Assembly: GCA_036785375.1 (NCBI GenBank)
Contig: JAWMAR010000026.1
Span: 7,874,001 to 7,938,000, forward strand
DNA from: Leucoraja ocellata
Lineage: Eukaryota
DNA: 64,000 bases
Direction of reading: 5' to 3'
The number at the start of each line of letters is the position of its first letter. The stretch's first letter is position 1. The position numbers were made by a program, and so were the translations under genes. The notes beneath the pieces were generated by a model. It was not told the DNA's origin, did not search any database, and saw nothing but the letters and a program-made list of their open reading frames with translations. Shown one piece after another: positions 51,713 through 64,000 of the stretch.

Positions 51713-54700
51713 ATGTTTATGTTTGCTGTGCTGCTGTGTCTCTCGATCCTGCACATGAGTTACACAGGTTAATATGTTTCTTTCTATTAAATGAAAATAA
51801 CAGGGAAAAGTCAATCCGCGAAAAGTATAAGATGCACAACTTTCAAACTTCTACCCTATTGTACTTTTAATTTTCGGTCGATCTATTTCAGCCAATTGGA
51901 TTTTTATTAATCAGTTCTTTGTCATTTCACCAGTTTAATGTTTGTTTTTTAATTCTGACAGTATCTGACCGGCCCTTCTCGCCCAGTGTGCGTCCCGATG
52001 AGGTAACGAAGATGAAAGGTGAAAATGTATCCTTATACTGTGCTTTCCAAAATGTCGGTCAGAATGCACTGCTGGATGTATACTGGAAGAGAGAGGGTCA
52101 AGAAGAAACTTTGGCTCACACCGCAAACAGGAGGATGACAATGAACAATGTCCTGAAGGGATTTGCCGAATTACATCTGTTAGACGTGGGCTTCCGTGAC
52201 TCCGGGATCTATTATTGCAGTGTGAGAGACGGGAAAGGAAAGAGTTCCAAAGGCAATGGCACGAGGATTATTGTACACGGTGAGTCTTACTTGATGTTTC
52301 GTTTCCCAATAGAAACACAGAAATATGGTGTGCTACAGAGTTATAAAGTAGCAATAAACGAACCCTTTCTCAGTCTGTACTAGAGGTTTTGCTGCAATTA
52401 AGTAATTGTTTTTTTTGTGATTGTTGGACCATGAGATCTTTGGACAATCATTATTCTTTAATTTCCTATCATTTAGTTATCATTTTTATGTCTGGGGTTA
52501 ATTTTCTAGGCGGGACCTCAACTGCATCCAGCGAAAGGAGTATGGATTAAGATTGCAGATGTTAGTCAATGAAATGGAAACCATCATATGTTAGCGAGTA
52601 TTGTAGCTGCAGTCGTGTAGTCAAAAAAACATTGAGTTCGAGTCGGGACCTGTGATATCCAGATGGTTGAACGTTCTAGGCAGATCACGAATTGAGCTCT
52701 TTTGCAGAATATCCATGTTTGACCATTTATGTAGCTATTTCTAGTCCATCCAATAAATGTTAACAAAACGTATGATGTTGGAAGAAACATTTGGTGAATA
52801 GCGAGCGTGATATATTCTAACCGCAATCTTGTGTAAAAGACTAGTCTACCGTGATTTTAGGAATTCATAGTTTCAAAGAAAATGAATGATAAAATACGAG
52901 TCACAACATATCTGCGACTACGGAAATTAGTTTCTGCCGAGAACGTTATAGCGGAAGTAACAAAAGTTCACGATGAAAATGATTAAAGAAATTCAGAGTT
53001 ATCGTAAGGAAGAATTGGTCGGGTGCGTGGTGGCGTATTAGTGTGGGTGGAAGACAAAAAAAAATACTTTATAAACGGGGGGAAATCTGAGAATAATGCA
53101 ACGTCACAAAATATGTAAACAGAGGAGATTAAAGTAGTACCGGAATTCAAATAATTAAATTGCAAATTGAGAATATTAATCAAAACGTTAACCGTCATTT
53201 TACGTTGAGTTTCATTGGAACTCAGCAGAGCGTCGAGTGGGAGAACAGAAGCTTCATTCTGAATGATAATTACACGTCATCGTCATAGTCGATTTCTGGG
53301 TGGAAATATGCCAGAAAGACTTCACCTAATTGAGTACGCTCTTCCCTCCGCACAGCGCACGATTTCAATCACATATCAGCAACTACTGAGTACACACAGA
53401 CACGCTACTATACCTTGTCCAGTTTAAGTACCGTGACATGTATTGCGAACACGACAAATACCAAAAGCATCCAATCAATTTCGAAACTTATAATTGCTCA
53501 AAAAAGAATTCAACAACTCCTAAACATAGAACGTGAATAGGCCTTTGGGCCCACAATTTCAGTGCCGAATATGATGCCAAGCTAAATTAATATCCGCTCT
53601 TTGCGAGACATATCGGTCCATTCCCTGCATTTGCCTATTTGAAAATATCTAAGATATCCCTATTGTATCTCCCTCTGCAACTACGCATGATGTAGTTAAG
53701 CTGCAAGGGTATAGATCAAATTTACGAGGATGTTGCCACGACGCGAGGGTCTGAGCTATAGGGAGAGCCTGAGCAGGTTATGACTTGATTCCTTGCAGCG
53801 CAGGAGGGTAAGGGTTGATCTTATTGAGGTTTATATGAGCATGACAGGAATAAATCGGGTATATGCATCGTCTTTTACCCAGAGCAGTGGAATCAAGACC
53901 TTGTACACTAAACATTTCACCACATCAAATTACAATAACACAGGAAAAGAAGTGTTCGTCGCAGTTGAAAGATTAATTGTGTGCGAGCTACCAGGAAATC
54001 GAAATTGTCAGTCCCATGCACCCTTTCTTTCAAGGAACGAAATTCCTTTCCACCAGGTGTTTATTTAATGTATATTTCGCGGTCTTGATTGGCTCTGATT
54101 CCAGCACATTTCCGATCGCTACTTCAGGTTCAAGTTCAAGTTACATTTATTGTCACATGCACCAATTGGTGCAGTGGGATTTGAGTTAACATACAACCAT
54201 ACAAATAAAAAGAACACAATACAAGATAGAATTTAACATGAACATCCCCCACGGCGGAATCAACGTTTCCCATTGTGAGGGAAGGCAATAAAGTTCAGTC
54301 ATCTTCCTCTTTGTTCACCCGTGGTCGGGGCCTTTGTGCCCGCCGCAGTCGCCGCTACGGACGGCCCGATGTACAGGCCCTGGATCTGGATCTGGATGTA
54401 ATACGCTGAAAAGCTCTAGATAGGAGCATACCTCAGCACTATGATGGTGGTGGACGTGCTAGTCCAGATGGAGATGCTTTTGGAGTTGCATCTTTGTATG
54501 TGCTGATGTTTTGGAGATCTCTGATGCTGGCTGGTAGGGTATTCCAATCCCTTGCTGTCTTGAAGAAATAAAAGTTAAAAAGTGCTAATGAAGTGCCGTG
54601 TGGAAAGAAATAATTTCCAGGTTAGTAGCTTCTAGTTGACATGCCTATGGGTGCTTGGATTAATTATATGTGGTCCACCATCTTTAAGTCAATAGTGGTA

Positions 54701-57700
54701 TTCTTGATCTTCTGGAATGTTGTCAATCTGATGATATTGTGACGAGGATGACGTTTAAGGTCCTTTATCATGCTGGAGACTGAGCTCTACCACTTGTAGT
54801 TGTTAGATATGAACCTTGCTGCTCTGTTTTGCTCTGCCTGGATCTTATTGATTTCCCCTTGAGATAAAGGATCCCACACGGAGCAGCAATGTTCAACATG
54901 TGAATCAACATGGCTTTTATATGCTTGGATCTTAACTTCTTTAGGTGCGTTTTGCAGATTGCAATGTAGAAAGCTGATGTCACAGCTGGCTTTGGCTGTT
55001 GCCCCTTCCACATGTTTGTTCCATTTCATGTTTTCAGACAAAGTAACTCCTAAGTATTTCTGACTAGAAACGGCCTCTAGCTGATGTCCAGAGTGTATAG
55101 GAATGATGGATTGGTTTAGATTTCCTAATATAACGCATGACATTACATTTTTCTGGTTAGAACATAATTTGCCATATCTTCTACCATTTCTCCAATGAGC
55201 GCTAAACTTTTTGAAGCATCAGGCAATCATCATGAGACTTGATCAGTCGATAAACCACACAATCGTTGGCGAAGAGGCAGATCATAGATGTGATGTTATT
55301 TCGGAGATTGTTAATGTAGACTAAAAACAGCAGCGATCCCAGCACAGTGCCCTGTGGCACGCGATAGTCGACATGGGCTGGTTTTGAGGACTGGACTACA
55401 ACTGACAGTTAAAAAGCTAGTTATCCAGGAGTGAAGTGAGCCCTCTACACCAAAGTATTTGAGACGGTGAAGAAGCCTCTGATGTGGAACGGTGTCGAAA
55501 GCTTTTGCAAAATATAGCACCACTGCATCCACTTGTTTAGTTTATTCCACCAAGCTGAAGATTTGGTGAATAGTAATTATCAGCTGGGATTCATATGACC
55601 GTCTGACATGGAAACCATGTTGCGTATGACTGAGGATGTTGTTTCTCTCCAGGTGTCCCATGATGTGTCTATAGATGACATTCTCTAATAGTTTACAACA
55701 AACTGAGGTGAGCGATACCAGCCTGTAATTTGCAGGGTCAGTTCCACTCCCTATCTTAAATAAAGCAGTGATGTTGGCTTGCCTCCAATCACGAGGTAGC
55801 TCACCTGTCTGAACACTCTCGGAGAAGATGATTTGCAAAGTGGGTGCCACTTGCTCAGCACACAATTTAAGTATTCTTGGAGAGATGCTATCTGGACCAG
55901 AGGCTTTGTTAGCATCAAGATTCTTAAGTTTCATTATCCCCTCAGTAGTGATGGACAGATCAGAAATCCTTGGAGCCTGTCTAGGTTCTGATGAGGCGAT
56001 GTTAGTCATGTCTTCTTTGGTGAAAGTAGACTGATATTGTTTACTAAGTATCTCTGCTTTTTCTTTGGGGGTGCTGACGAATTTGCCTTTAAATTGAAGT
56101 GCAGCAATTCCACTCGAATCACGTCTCTTTTGCTTGATGAATAACCAAAACCCTCTCGTCCACACTCAGCGGCTTGGAGCTTCCTACCCGAGACCGCGGT
56201 TTCCAGTCCACAGGCCGATTTGGGCGGAGCTGCAACACTGGCGACCCCCCGGCAAGGGATCCCAGGCGCGCGATGTTAACGTCAGCGCCGCCCGCGGTTA
56301 GAAGCTCTGCAAGCTCCACAGCTCTACGGTGTTAAAGTCAGCAGGCCCAACACTCCAGAGCTCCAACGCGGGAAATCCCCGGCAAAGGATTGTCCAGCTC
56401 TGTGATGGTAATTCAGTGCTGCGCCGCTGCTGAAGCTCTGGCCGGTCCCCGGCAGGAAAGGTCGCGCCAATCCTGTTGGTAGGCCGCGGTGGTGGGGGGG
56501 GGGGGGGGGATGAAGATGCGTCACAGAGAAAAGACACATCTCCATCCAGGTAAGTGATTGAGAAACGGTTTCCCTACATCGGTGGGTAAATCTTTGGATG
56601 TACACCGATGTAGACAGAATGCTTTTGTTGCGTGGACGGGAACATGCTGGTGACGCTTCGTTGCCTGTATAGATTGTGTCCGATCTCGTGTGGTTTGAGT
56701 GCAATTGCAGTGTGGCAAGGTTTTGTGGGGGCTTGATGACGCTGGCTGCCTTTTTGGGGCAGCTTCCCCTATAGATCTCTTCGATGGTTGGAAGGTCAGA
56801 ACACCTGATGGACTGGGCAATGTCCACCACTTTTTGTAATTCCTTTCCTGGGTGTTCGAGTTACCGAACCAGGCCGTGATGTAACCTGTAAATACGCTCT
56901 CTACCATATACTGTAAAGGCTTAAGAGTGTTTTCGATTAAACATGTTGTCAAGCAGCAAAGGATGCAGAGAAGACTTACGAGGATGTTGCCACGACTAGT
57001 GGTTCTGAGCTGATGGGTGAGGTGGAGTAGGCTGGGACTCTATTCATTGACGCGCAGGAGGACGAGGTGTGATCTTATGGAGGTTTATAAATTCATGAAA
57101 GGAATAGTTCCGGTAGATGCACAGAGCCTCTTGGCCAGAGTAGGTGAATCGAGGACAAAATGATATAGGTTTAAAGTGAAGGGGAAAAGATTTAATAGGA
57201 AACTAAAGGGTAACCTTTTCAGCAAACGGTGATGGGTATGGAACAAACTGCCAGAGGAGGTAGTTGAGGCAGGGGCTATCCCAACTTTTAAGAAATATTT
57301 AGACAGATACATGGATAGGACAGTTTTGGAGGGATATGGACCAAATGCAGGCAGGTGGGACTAGTGTAGCTTGTCCCATGTGGGCAAGTTGGGCCGAAGG
57401 GCATGCTTCGACGCTGTATGACTCAATGACAACATATCGAATCTCCTCAATCTTCTTAGGAATTAGATGCATTTGAGGGCCTTCATATGAATGTATGGAT
57501 GTGCGGAATTCAGGACAGATCTTCAGAAATATGCATGCCAAGGAACTTTAAGTTTTTGACACTCCATCACTGACCCGCCGATGAAGACGGGTCGATGAAT
57601 CCTGGCCCTTCCTCTTCTAATGTCAACAATCAGCAATCTTACTGACATTGAGAGCCAGGTTGTTGTTCCAGCACAATTTGATCAGATGATGGATCTCCCA

Positions 57701-60700
57701 CCTCTACTCTGACACATCATTACCTGTAATTAGTTCATCAACGCTGGTGTAGTCTGCAAATTTAAAGGTTGAGTTGGAACTGTTCCGGGTACACATCCAT
57801 GGGTATAGAATGAGCACACAGTCTTGAGGTGCCACTCTGCTGATAGTTATCGAGGAGGAAGTGTGAGCAATGTGACAAGCTTCACGACATTGTTCAGTTC
57901 CAATCTGGCCTTTTGTGTACATGCTGTTAGAACATTATCGATTATCTCCAGAGATTTCTTCTTTCCTCTGTGTTATTTTCCCTTATAGATGTAGCTTCTT
58001 CTTCTTGCGTATGGCGTGCATAGCCTAAAGTTGTAGGACAACTTGTTCTATTTGATATTATGCACGCCAGGTTGAATGTATTCGTCGAAACAGGGCGCAC
58101 CACGTGAAGGTTGCAATCTCCCACCCCCTAGATGTGGCAAGCTGATGTCAAAGACCAATTGGATCACTGCCAATACATCACTCATGCTACTTCCACAAAA
58201 ATCTTCCTGCTCCCTCTCATCCCACGCTTGCTGCAGTCAAGATGTAATTCTAAGTTTCATTTGTCAGGATCCTCCTTGTACGTTCAGTTTTTGGGAACAA
58301 ATTACAGTTTCCTTTGGGTGTCATTTACCACAGGTTCAGTGTGAAGCCATTTCTCCACTTCACCTTGTTGAGTCATTAAAGGCTACATATGGAGCAGTAT
58401 TTTCGTGCTATTGTATTATATCTGTACCACATAGAATCATAGAAACATAGAAAATAGGTGCAGTAGGCCATTCGGCCCTTTGAGCCTGCACCGCCATTCA
58501 ATATGATCATGGCTGATCATCCAACTCAGTACCCTGTACCTGCCTTCTCTCCATACCCCCGATCCCTTTAGCCACAAGGGCCACATCTAACTCCCTCTTA
58601 AATATAGCCAATGAACTGGCCTCAACTACCTTCTGTGGCAGAGAATTCCAGAGACTCACCACTCTCTGTGTGAAAAATGTTTTCATCATAACGGTCCTAA
58701 AAGATTTCACCCGTATCCTTAAACTGTGACCCCTTGTTCTGGACTTCCCCAATATCGGGAACAATCTTCCTTCATCTAGCCTGTCCAACCCCTTAAGAAT
58801 TTTGTAAGTTTCTATAAGATCCCCCCTCAATCTTCTAAATTCTAGCGAGTACAAGCCGAGTCTATCCAGTCTATCCATAATACCAATCCAATATTTGTGC
58901 CTCTGCACGGTGTTGCAGCGGTAGAGTTGCAGCCTTACAGCGCTGACAGCGCCAGAGGCCCACGTTCGATCCTAGCTACAGGTGCTTGTCTGTATGGAGT
59001 TTGTACATGTTGATAATAAGAGGGCGCCTTCACTTCACCCAGTTATTACATCATTGGAGGGAAGCAATTACGTTGGTTGGCATGATCGTGTAGGAGGTAT
59101 AATTATCCTCATCGTTTTACATAAGCTAATGTGAGAGGTAATGTCTTAATTTATCAATTGTCCATCGTTAGTCCACTTGGGTAGACAACCCTCCTCTAAT
59201 CGATCTGAAAGATTATGATTTACCAGCCAATTTCTGTACGACATCATTCCTAGTTCAGAACTCGGCATAATTCCTAGTTCTGAACTCGACCTATTATTGT
59301 CTATTACCTTTGATCTATTCTTGATCTGATTATTGGTCATAATTTGATATATGTTCCTGAATATATTTGGCATTGGGTTGACACGTGAGGAAGAAATGAA
59401 TTTAGAGGGAAATTAAAGGAAAATGAAAAGCGGAAACTTTGCAGGTTTTCTTCAAGAGGAGCGATGGCGGCAGTTAACTGCTCACCAGTTCTTTGACTTC
59501 ACAACAGAATTAACCGACAGTTAGACTGTGCAGTAAACAACTTTTGTTTTTTGTTAGATACTATACGAAAATATACTATCTACTACATAGGTACCAATTA
59601 TTTCATTAGTCATAACATGCCTTTTGTTTATGACAATCTTATTCAATCTTAATACAAGTCAAAAACAATACAAGGCATCTTGATATTATTCTATCTCTCC
59701 TTTTAGGCGGAACGCGCCACCATCCCTTCTCTGAGCCAATCATAAGCTCCCCATTTACTGCAACGTTTCTACGGTACAAGCGGCAGGGGGCGAGGGTGGT
59801 CTACAGTAACACACTGCTGCGAGAAACCATCTTCCTCATCTGCATCTACCATTTCATGTTTACATTTACCATCCACCCTTCAACACATTCCTAGACAAGA
59901 GATACTACGTCGAATCTTACTTTGCCCATTCCCACGAACCTTTTCTGCAGCTGGACAACGAGAGATGCCAATTGTCACATCCAAACACCCTTTCATTATC
60001 TTGTTCAATTCCAATCAAAATTAAGTAAGAAAGAATAATAATATTTTCTTCCACGCCATCCTGGAGGACGTAAACAAACATTTCAGCCCAACTTTGCAAT
60101 GCTGACCAAGATGTCCCACCGTAATTGGCCCATATCCCTCAAAACCTTTGCCCCCTTGTATCCGTCCAAATGTCTGGTAAAAGCACCTGCCTCAGTGACC
60201 TCACCTGGCACCTAATTCCATATACGCACCAGCATCTGCATGAAAAGGATGCCCTTAGGTTCTTGGTAAGTGTTCCCCTCTCGCCTTCCCATGAATTCAG
60301 TCCACAAAATACAACATTCCACCATCACCCTTTGCTTCCTTACACGGAGCCATTTCTCTACCCAGTGGTGAGCTCTTCTTGGACTACATGGAATCTAATG
60401 TTCCAGAGCAACATGTGGAACTTTGTCGAAGTCATTTCTGGTCCATACAGACAACGTCAACTACTTTGTCCAAATCATCCTTTTTGGTTGCTTTAAAATA
60501 AATCGGATTCGTAACACACGTTGTTTCACATATACAACCATGATGACAATCCACGATCAGCTCCTTTCTAATCAAATGCTTACATATTTTATCCCTCTGA
60601 ATCCTTTCCAGTGGCCTTCCTACCACAGACTGGTTTACAGTTCCCAGGTTTTTCCTTGCAGCCCTTCTCAAATATAGCCGCAATATTAGCCATCCTCCAG

Positions 60701-61446
60701 TCTTCACATAGGTCTTTTCATGCTATTTCTCTGTGTATACACACTCTTAATTTGATGTTTTGTTTTAATCAATTCCCGACGTCTCTAGATGTATTTCATT
60801 ATAAGACACAACCGATGTGTTAACTCACATCACCACATTCTAAATTAACTGCCCCCCCCCCCCCCCACCCCATGCCCGCCACCCATGTATCCTATTGGCT
60901 GTGACCACAGTAGATGAAACATACCATCTTTCCATATCCTCATCCCCATGAATCTTTTTTTTTCATTTGGCTTCCACTTCTTTGCTTCGGCTTCTCGTCC
61001 TTCGACGCCACGTCCGCACACGATTTCCCAACAACGTAGTTAAAATATTTTACTCTTAAAGGAATGCTCAAGAAGTTATGGTATTATCCATTCCGAAAGC
61101 GATTATATTGTCTTCTAAATAAACATATAGGGGTGCTAACTCCTTTATCTTAAATTGTTTGCAGTGTCACCGACGCCTTTGAAGATTAAACAGATGAACA
61201 CTCCTTCCCTGGCCTTAAACTGTACAACTGCTCCGTTTTTCCCGGCGGACTGTGAACTTACCTGGTATAAAGATGACCACGAAATCACTTCTGGAATAAG
61301 TACTACTAAAATACGGAACGACGAGGGATTATACCTTGTTTTCAGCTTACTGCAAGTGGTGGATAGCCGATCGGTTTATAGTTGCAACGTTTCTCACGCC
61401 ACCCTCCTGGTTCCGACCGTTGAAACTCACAGAATTCTTGAAATGG
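51713..61446 (+). CDS. Gene E (partial): VJ-C1 IgSF receptor; exons 51713-51767, 51962-52279, 61165-61446; TM and tail exons not found in the window
   Basis: Leader MFMFAVLLCLSILHMSYT (55 nt); V ...VSLYCAF...VYWKREG...LHLLDVGFRDSGIYYCSVRDGKGKSSKGNGTRIIVH; C1 SPTPLKIKQMNTPSLALNCTTAPFFPADCELTWYKDD...GLYLVFSLL...YSCNVSHATL. All junctions phase 1, GT/AG. Confidence 0.85.
51962..52279 (+). CDS. Gene E VJ exon
   Basis: 318 nt; DSGIYYC and GNGTRIIV J-like strand; GTGAGT donor. Confidence 0.9.
54381..56150 (-). mobile_element. Divergent CR1-clade LINE with (ATCCAG)n tail, inserted in a GC-rich repeat (about 54125-56570)
   Basis: KASGPDSISPRILK...LPRDWRQANITALFK...NYRLVSLTSVCCKLLE; KAFDTVPH; KYLGVTLSENMKWNKH; the tail reads ATCCAGATCCAGATCCAG on -. 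Confidence 0.8.
57996..58128 (-). mobile_element. 133-bp non-autonomous retroelement (Ingi/Vingi-like ends) with (GAA)n tail and target-site duplication
   Basis: Flanking direct repeat TAGATGTAGC (57986-57995) / TAGATGTGGC (58129-58138); 3' end GCCATACGCAAGAAGAAGAA. Confidence 0.7.
58074..58127 (-). ncRNA. HDV-like ribozyme fold (slightly decayed copy)
   Basis: GGGGUGG(P1)-GA-GAUUGCA(P2)-ACC(P3)-UUCACGU(L3)-GGU(P3')-GCGCCCU(P1')-GUUUCGA-CGAA(J4/2)-UACAUUC(P2'). Confidence 0.62.
58438..58876 (-). mobile_element. CR1 3' end
   Basis: ORF 58507-58908 is the ORF2 C-terminus; octamer tail. Confidence 0.9.
61165..61446 (+). CDS. Gene E C1-set exon
   Basis: 282 nt; CTTAPFFP, W and YSCNVSH; TTTGCAG acceptor, GTATGA donor. 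Confidence 0.88.
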
Positions 61447-62499
61447 GTATGAGGTTAATACCTTCAATAACGTCATGAGATTTATCACTGTTTCATGTCA
61501 AGGCATTTCATGAATTCCCACCCAAAACATACGGCAGACCGTTTTAAGTGTTTGAATGAAGATAGTGGGCGTGTCTTTATTGAAATGAAAAGGCATGACC
61601 AGTCTAGGAAATTAGATACTGGTTAGTAAGAGACATCGTGCAAAGATGACAGTTGTGTTTGTATGTTTTTTTTTAATAGCGGATGCTTAAACTCGCTGTT
61701 TATCTCTGATCATATAGACCTATACAGCATGGAGGCAAGACCCTTCGAACCACCCTGTCGACGTCAAGCAAGTTGGTATTCTGGACTAGAGTCAGCTGCC
61801 CACATTTGACCCATTTCCCCTCTAAATCTTTCCTATCCAAATATCTATCCAAATATCCTTTGAAAATCACAATTGTATACGATTCCTCAGAAAGAATTTG
61901 CCCCTTGCGCCCCTCTTAATCTTCCATGTTAAAAACTCTCTCGCTGGAGTTCAGAAGGATGAGGGGGGGGGGGGGGGTCTCGTTGAAACATACAGAATAG
62001 TGAAAAGCTTGGATAGAGCGCATGTGGAGAGGATGTTTCTACTTGCGAGAGAGTCGAGGACTAGAAGTCATAACCTCAGAATTAAATAATTAAAAGAAGG
62101 CCGTGGAGGCCGTCAGTGGATATTTTTTAGGCAGGGATAGATAGATTCTTCATTAGTACAAATGTCGGAGCTTATGGGCAGAAGGCATCAGTGGGGTTAG
62201 GAGGGAGAGAAAGATTGAATGGCGAAGTAGAATTGATGGGTCGAATGGCCGAATTCTACTCCTATCCCTTATAACCTATCCTGGAGTCTCGATTGCTGCT
62301 GCACAAATCCACATGTCTTTGGGGTTTGAGAGAAACGTGGAGCACCAGGAGAAAACTCGCGTGATTACAGGGAGAGAGTGCAAACTCCACATAGACAGGG
62401 CCCAAGTTAGAATTGAACCTGTATCTATGGTGCTCTGCCTCGGACTTGCTAAATGGCGCTCATTGTTTTATTGGTCTGAGAGTTTCAGGTTTCCAATTT

Positions 62500-62739
62500 A
62501 AGAGAGTGGTGAATCTCTGGAACTCTCTGCCACAGAGGGTAGTTGACGCCAGTTCATTGGCTATATTTAAGAGGGAGTTAGATGTGGCCCTTGTGGCTAA
62601 GGGGATCAGGGGGTATGGAGAGAAGGCAGGTACGGGATACTGAGTTGGATGATCAGCCATGATCATATTGAATGGCGGTGCAGGCTCGAAGGGCCGAATG
62701 GACTACTCCTGCACCTAATTTCTATGTTTCTATGTTTCT
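62500..62739 (+). mobile_element. CR1 3' end
   Basis: 3' UTR and (TTTCTATG)n. Confidence 0.9.
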
Positions 62740-64000
62740 AAATAATGGGATTTTTTAAAAACTCATTACTAATTTTGCAGCATTTAAAATTACTTAAGAT
62801 TTCCTACTGATTATCGGTGAATTTGTGGATTAATTTACTACAAAAGGCTGTGGAGTCCGTTAATGGATATTTTATAGAGATAGTTAGGCAGAGAGAGATA
62901 TATTCTTGATTAGAACAGGTGTCAGAGGTTATGGGGAGAAGGCAGAAGAGTGGGGTTAGGAGGGAGAGATAGTTCAGCCATGATTGCTATGTGGAGTATA
63001 CTTGATGGGCCGAATGGCTTAATTATACTCCTATTCCTTATGACCTTGACCTTATGGACAAGGAGAAAGCTCTTCTTGTTCCAGGTAGGTGTTGGGAGGA
63101 GATATCAGAGCAGAAGACTGATAAATTGAGCATGCATGGTTGAGGACCAAACAATGATGGGGGCAAACACGTTGAAGTAAAGGGTGCTTATCGAAACAGC
63201 GATACAACGTTTCAAGGTTTCAAGGTCAGTTTATTGTCACATGTACCAATTAAGGTCCAGTGAAATTTACGATTACAGAACATGCGATTATCAGAAAATG
63301 TCAACCAATGTCTCAGAAAATACATATAGGTAATGGAGCCCGTTGACGTGGCTGAGTCGGAGGAAATGCGCTGGAGATAACGGTGCGAGTACGCGGGCTT
63401 GCAGTGGGAATTAATAGCAGTATTCCAGCACTCCCCCCCCCCCCCCCCAAGATGAATGTGGAAAATATGATATTGAAATGGAAAGCTAATGTAGAGAAAG
63501 CATTGTAAAGATTGCCCTTAACTTATTTGCCCAATCTTGCACTGGACGTATTATCCAAAAGCAATGGCACATCCTCCTTGCTTTTACATGTTAGTTATTT
63601 CTTGATAAATAATAAGGACCCCATTAGCTATGTACCTCCTTTAACTTTAGTCACCATTATGAAATACTCTCGATAGGTGCCCCGCATTGTATATTTTGTT
63701 CTTTGCTTTATAAATCCAATCGTTTAATCTTGGTTTTCTCTTCATCGTTCCGGTTTTCATAAGGTACAAACGTTAAATGTAAAGTTTACACTTCCCCGCT
63801 ACGATGAATCATAAGCTCAATCGCAGCGACGGAGACTGTATACTTTTCTCCGGGACCTAAACCAACGGTTCGGGTGTACATGTTTTATGTATTTAAAGAA
63901 AGAAAACAGTTGCTTGGGATCAGCTGGACCCCAATTGAACAAAACCTACTGTCGCCCCATTTCATTCTCTGCACAGTTCCACCAACTCCCCACAAAATGA

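Noticed and set aside
380-52330. Rearranging Ig/TCR locus with recombination signal sequences
   Set aside because: Each V exon runs through its J-like strand directly into a GT donor. I saw no heptamer-spacer-nonamer next to any V, and the tails carry ITIM/ITSM motifs rather than TCR or Ig features.
8954-61446. Assigning the symbols NCR3, SIRPA or TAPBP
   Set aside because: Motif resemblance only; orthology needs phylogeny and synteny.
63645-63785. Possible TM exon of gene E
   Set aside because: T-rich, but the phase-1 readings after the candidate AG sites hit a stop or give no clean hydrophobic helix.

Overview
Vertebrate genomic DNA. The repeat content (CR1/HER1-type LINEs with (TTTCTATG)n tails, V-SINEs, Penelope elements) points to a cartilaginous fish, probably a skate or ray (inference). 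Between the repeats lies a cluster of intron-containing, non-rearranging immunoglobulin-superfamily receptor genes. Their architecture is: 55-nt leader exon, one germline-joined VJ exon, C1-set exon, TM exon, three cytoplasmic exons. Gene A (-) shows leader and VJ and runs off the left edge. Gene B (-) is complete at 346 aa with an ITIM-like motif and an ITSM, so it looks inhibitory. Gene C (-) has an Arg in its TM and a stop at the end of the TM exon, while its decayed ITIM exons remain downstream; it looks like an inhibitory receptor converted to an activating one. A V pseudo-exon (D) lies upstream of C. Gene E (+) shows leader, VJ and C1 and presumably continues past the right edge. The family resembles NCR3/NKp30 VJ domains and SIRP/tapasin/B7-H6-type V-C1 proteins, but orthology cannot be assigned by eye. 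The repeats also carry ribozyme motifs: minimal hammerheads in Penelope termini and an HDV-like fold heading a 133-bp element with a target-site duplication. Exon boundaries and translations were derived by hand; repeat boundaries are approximate.
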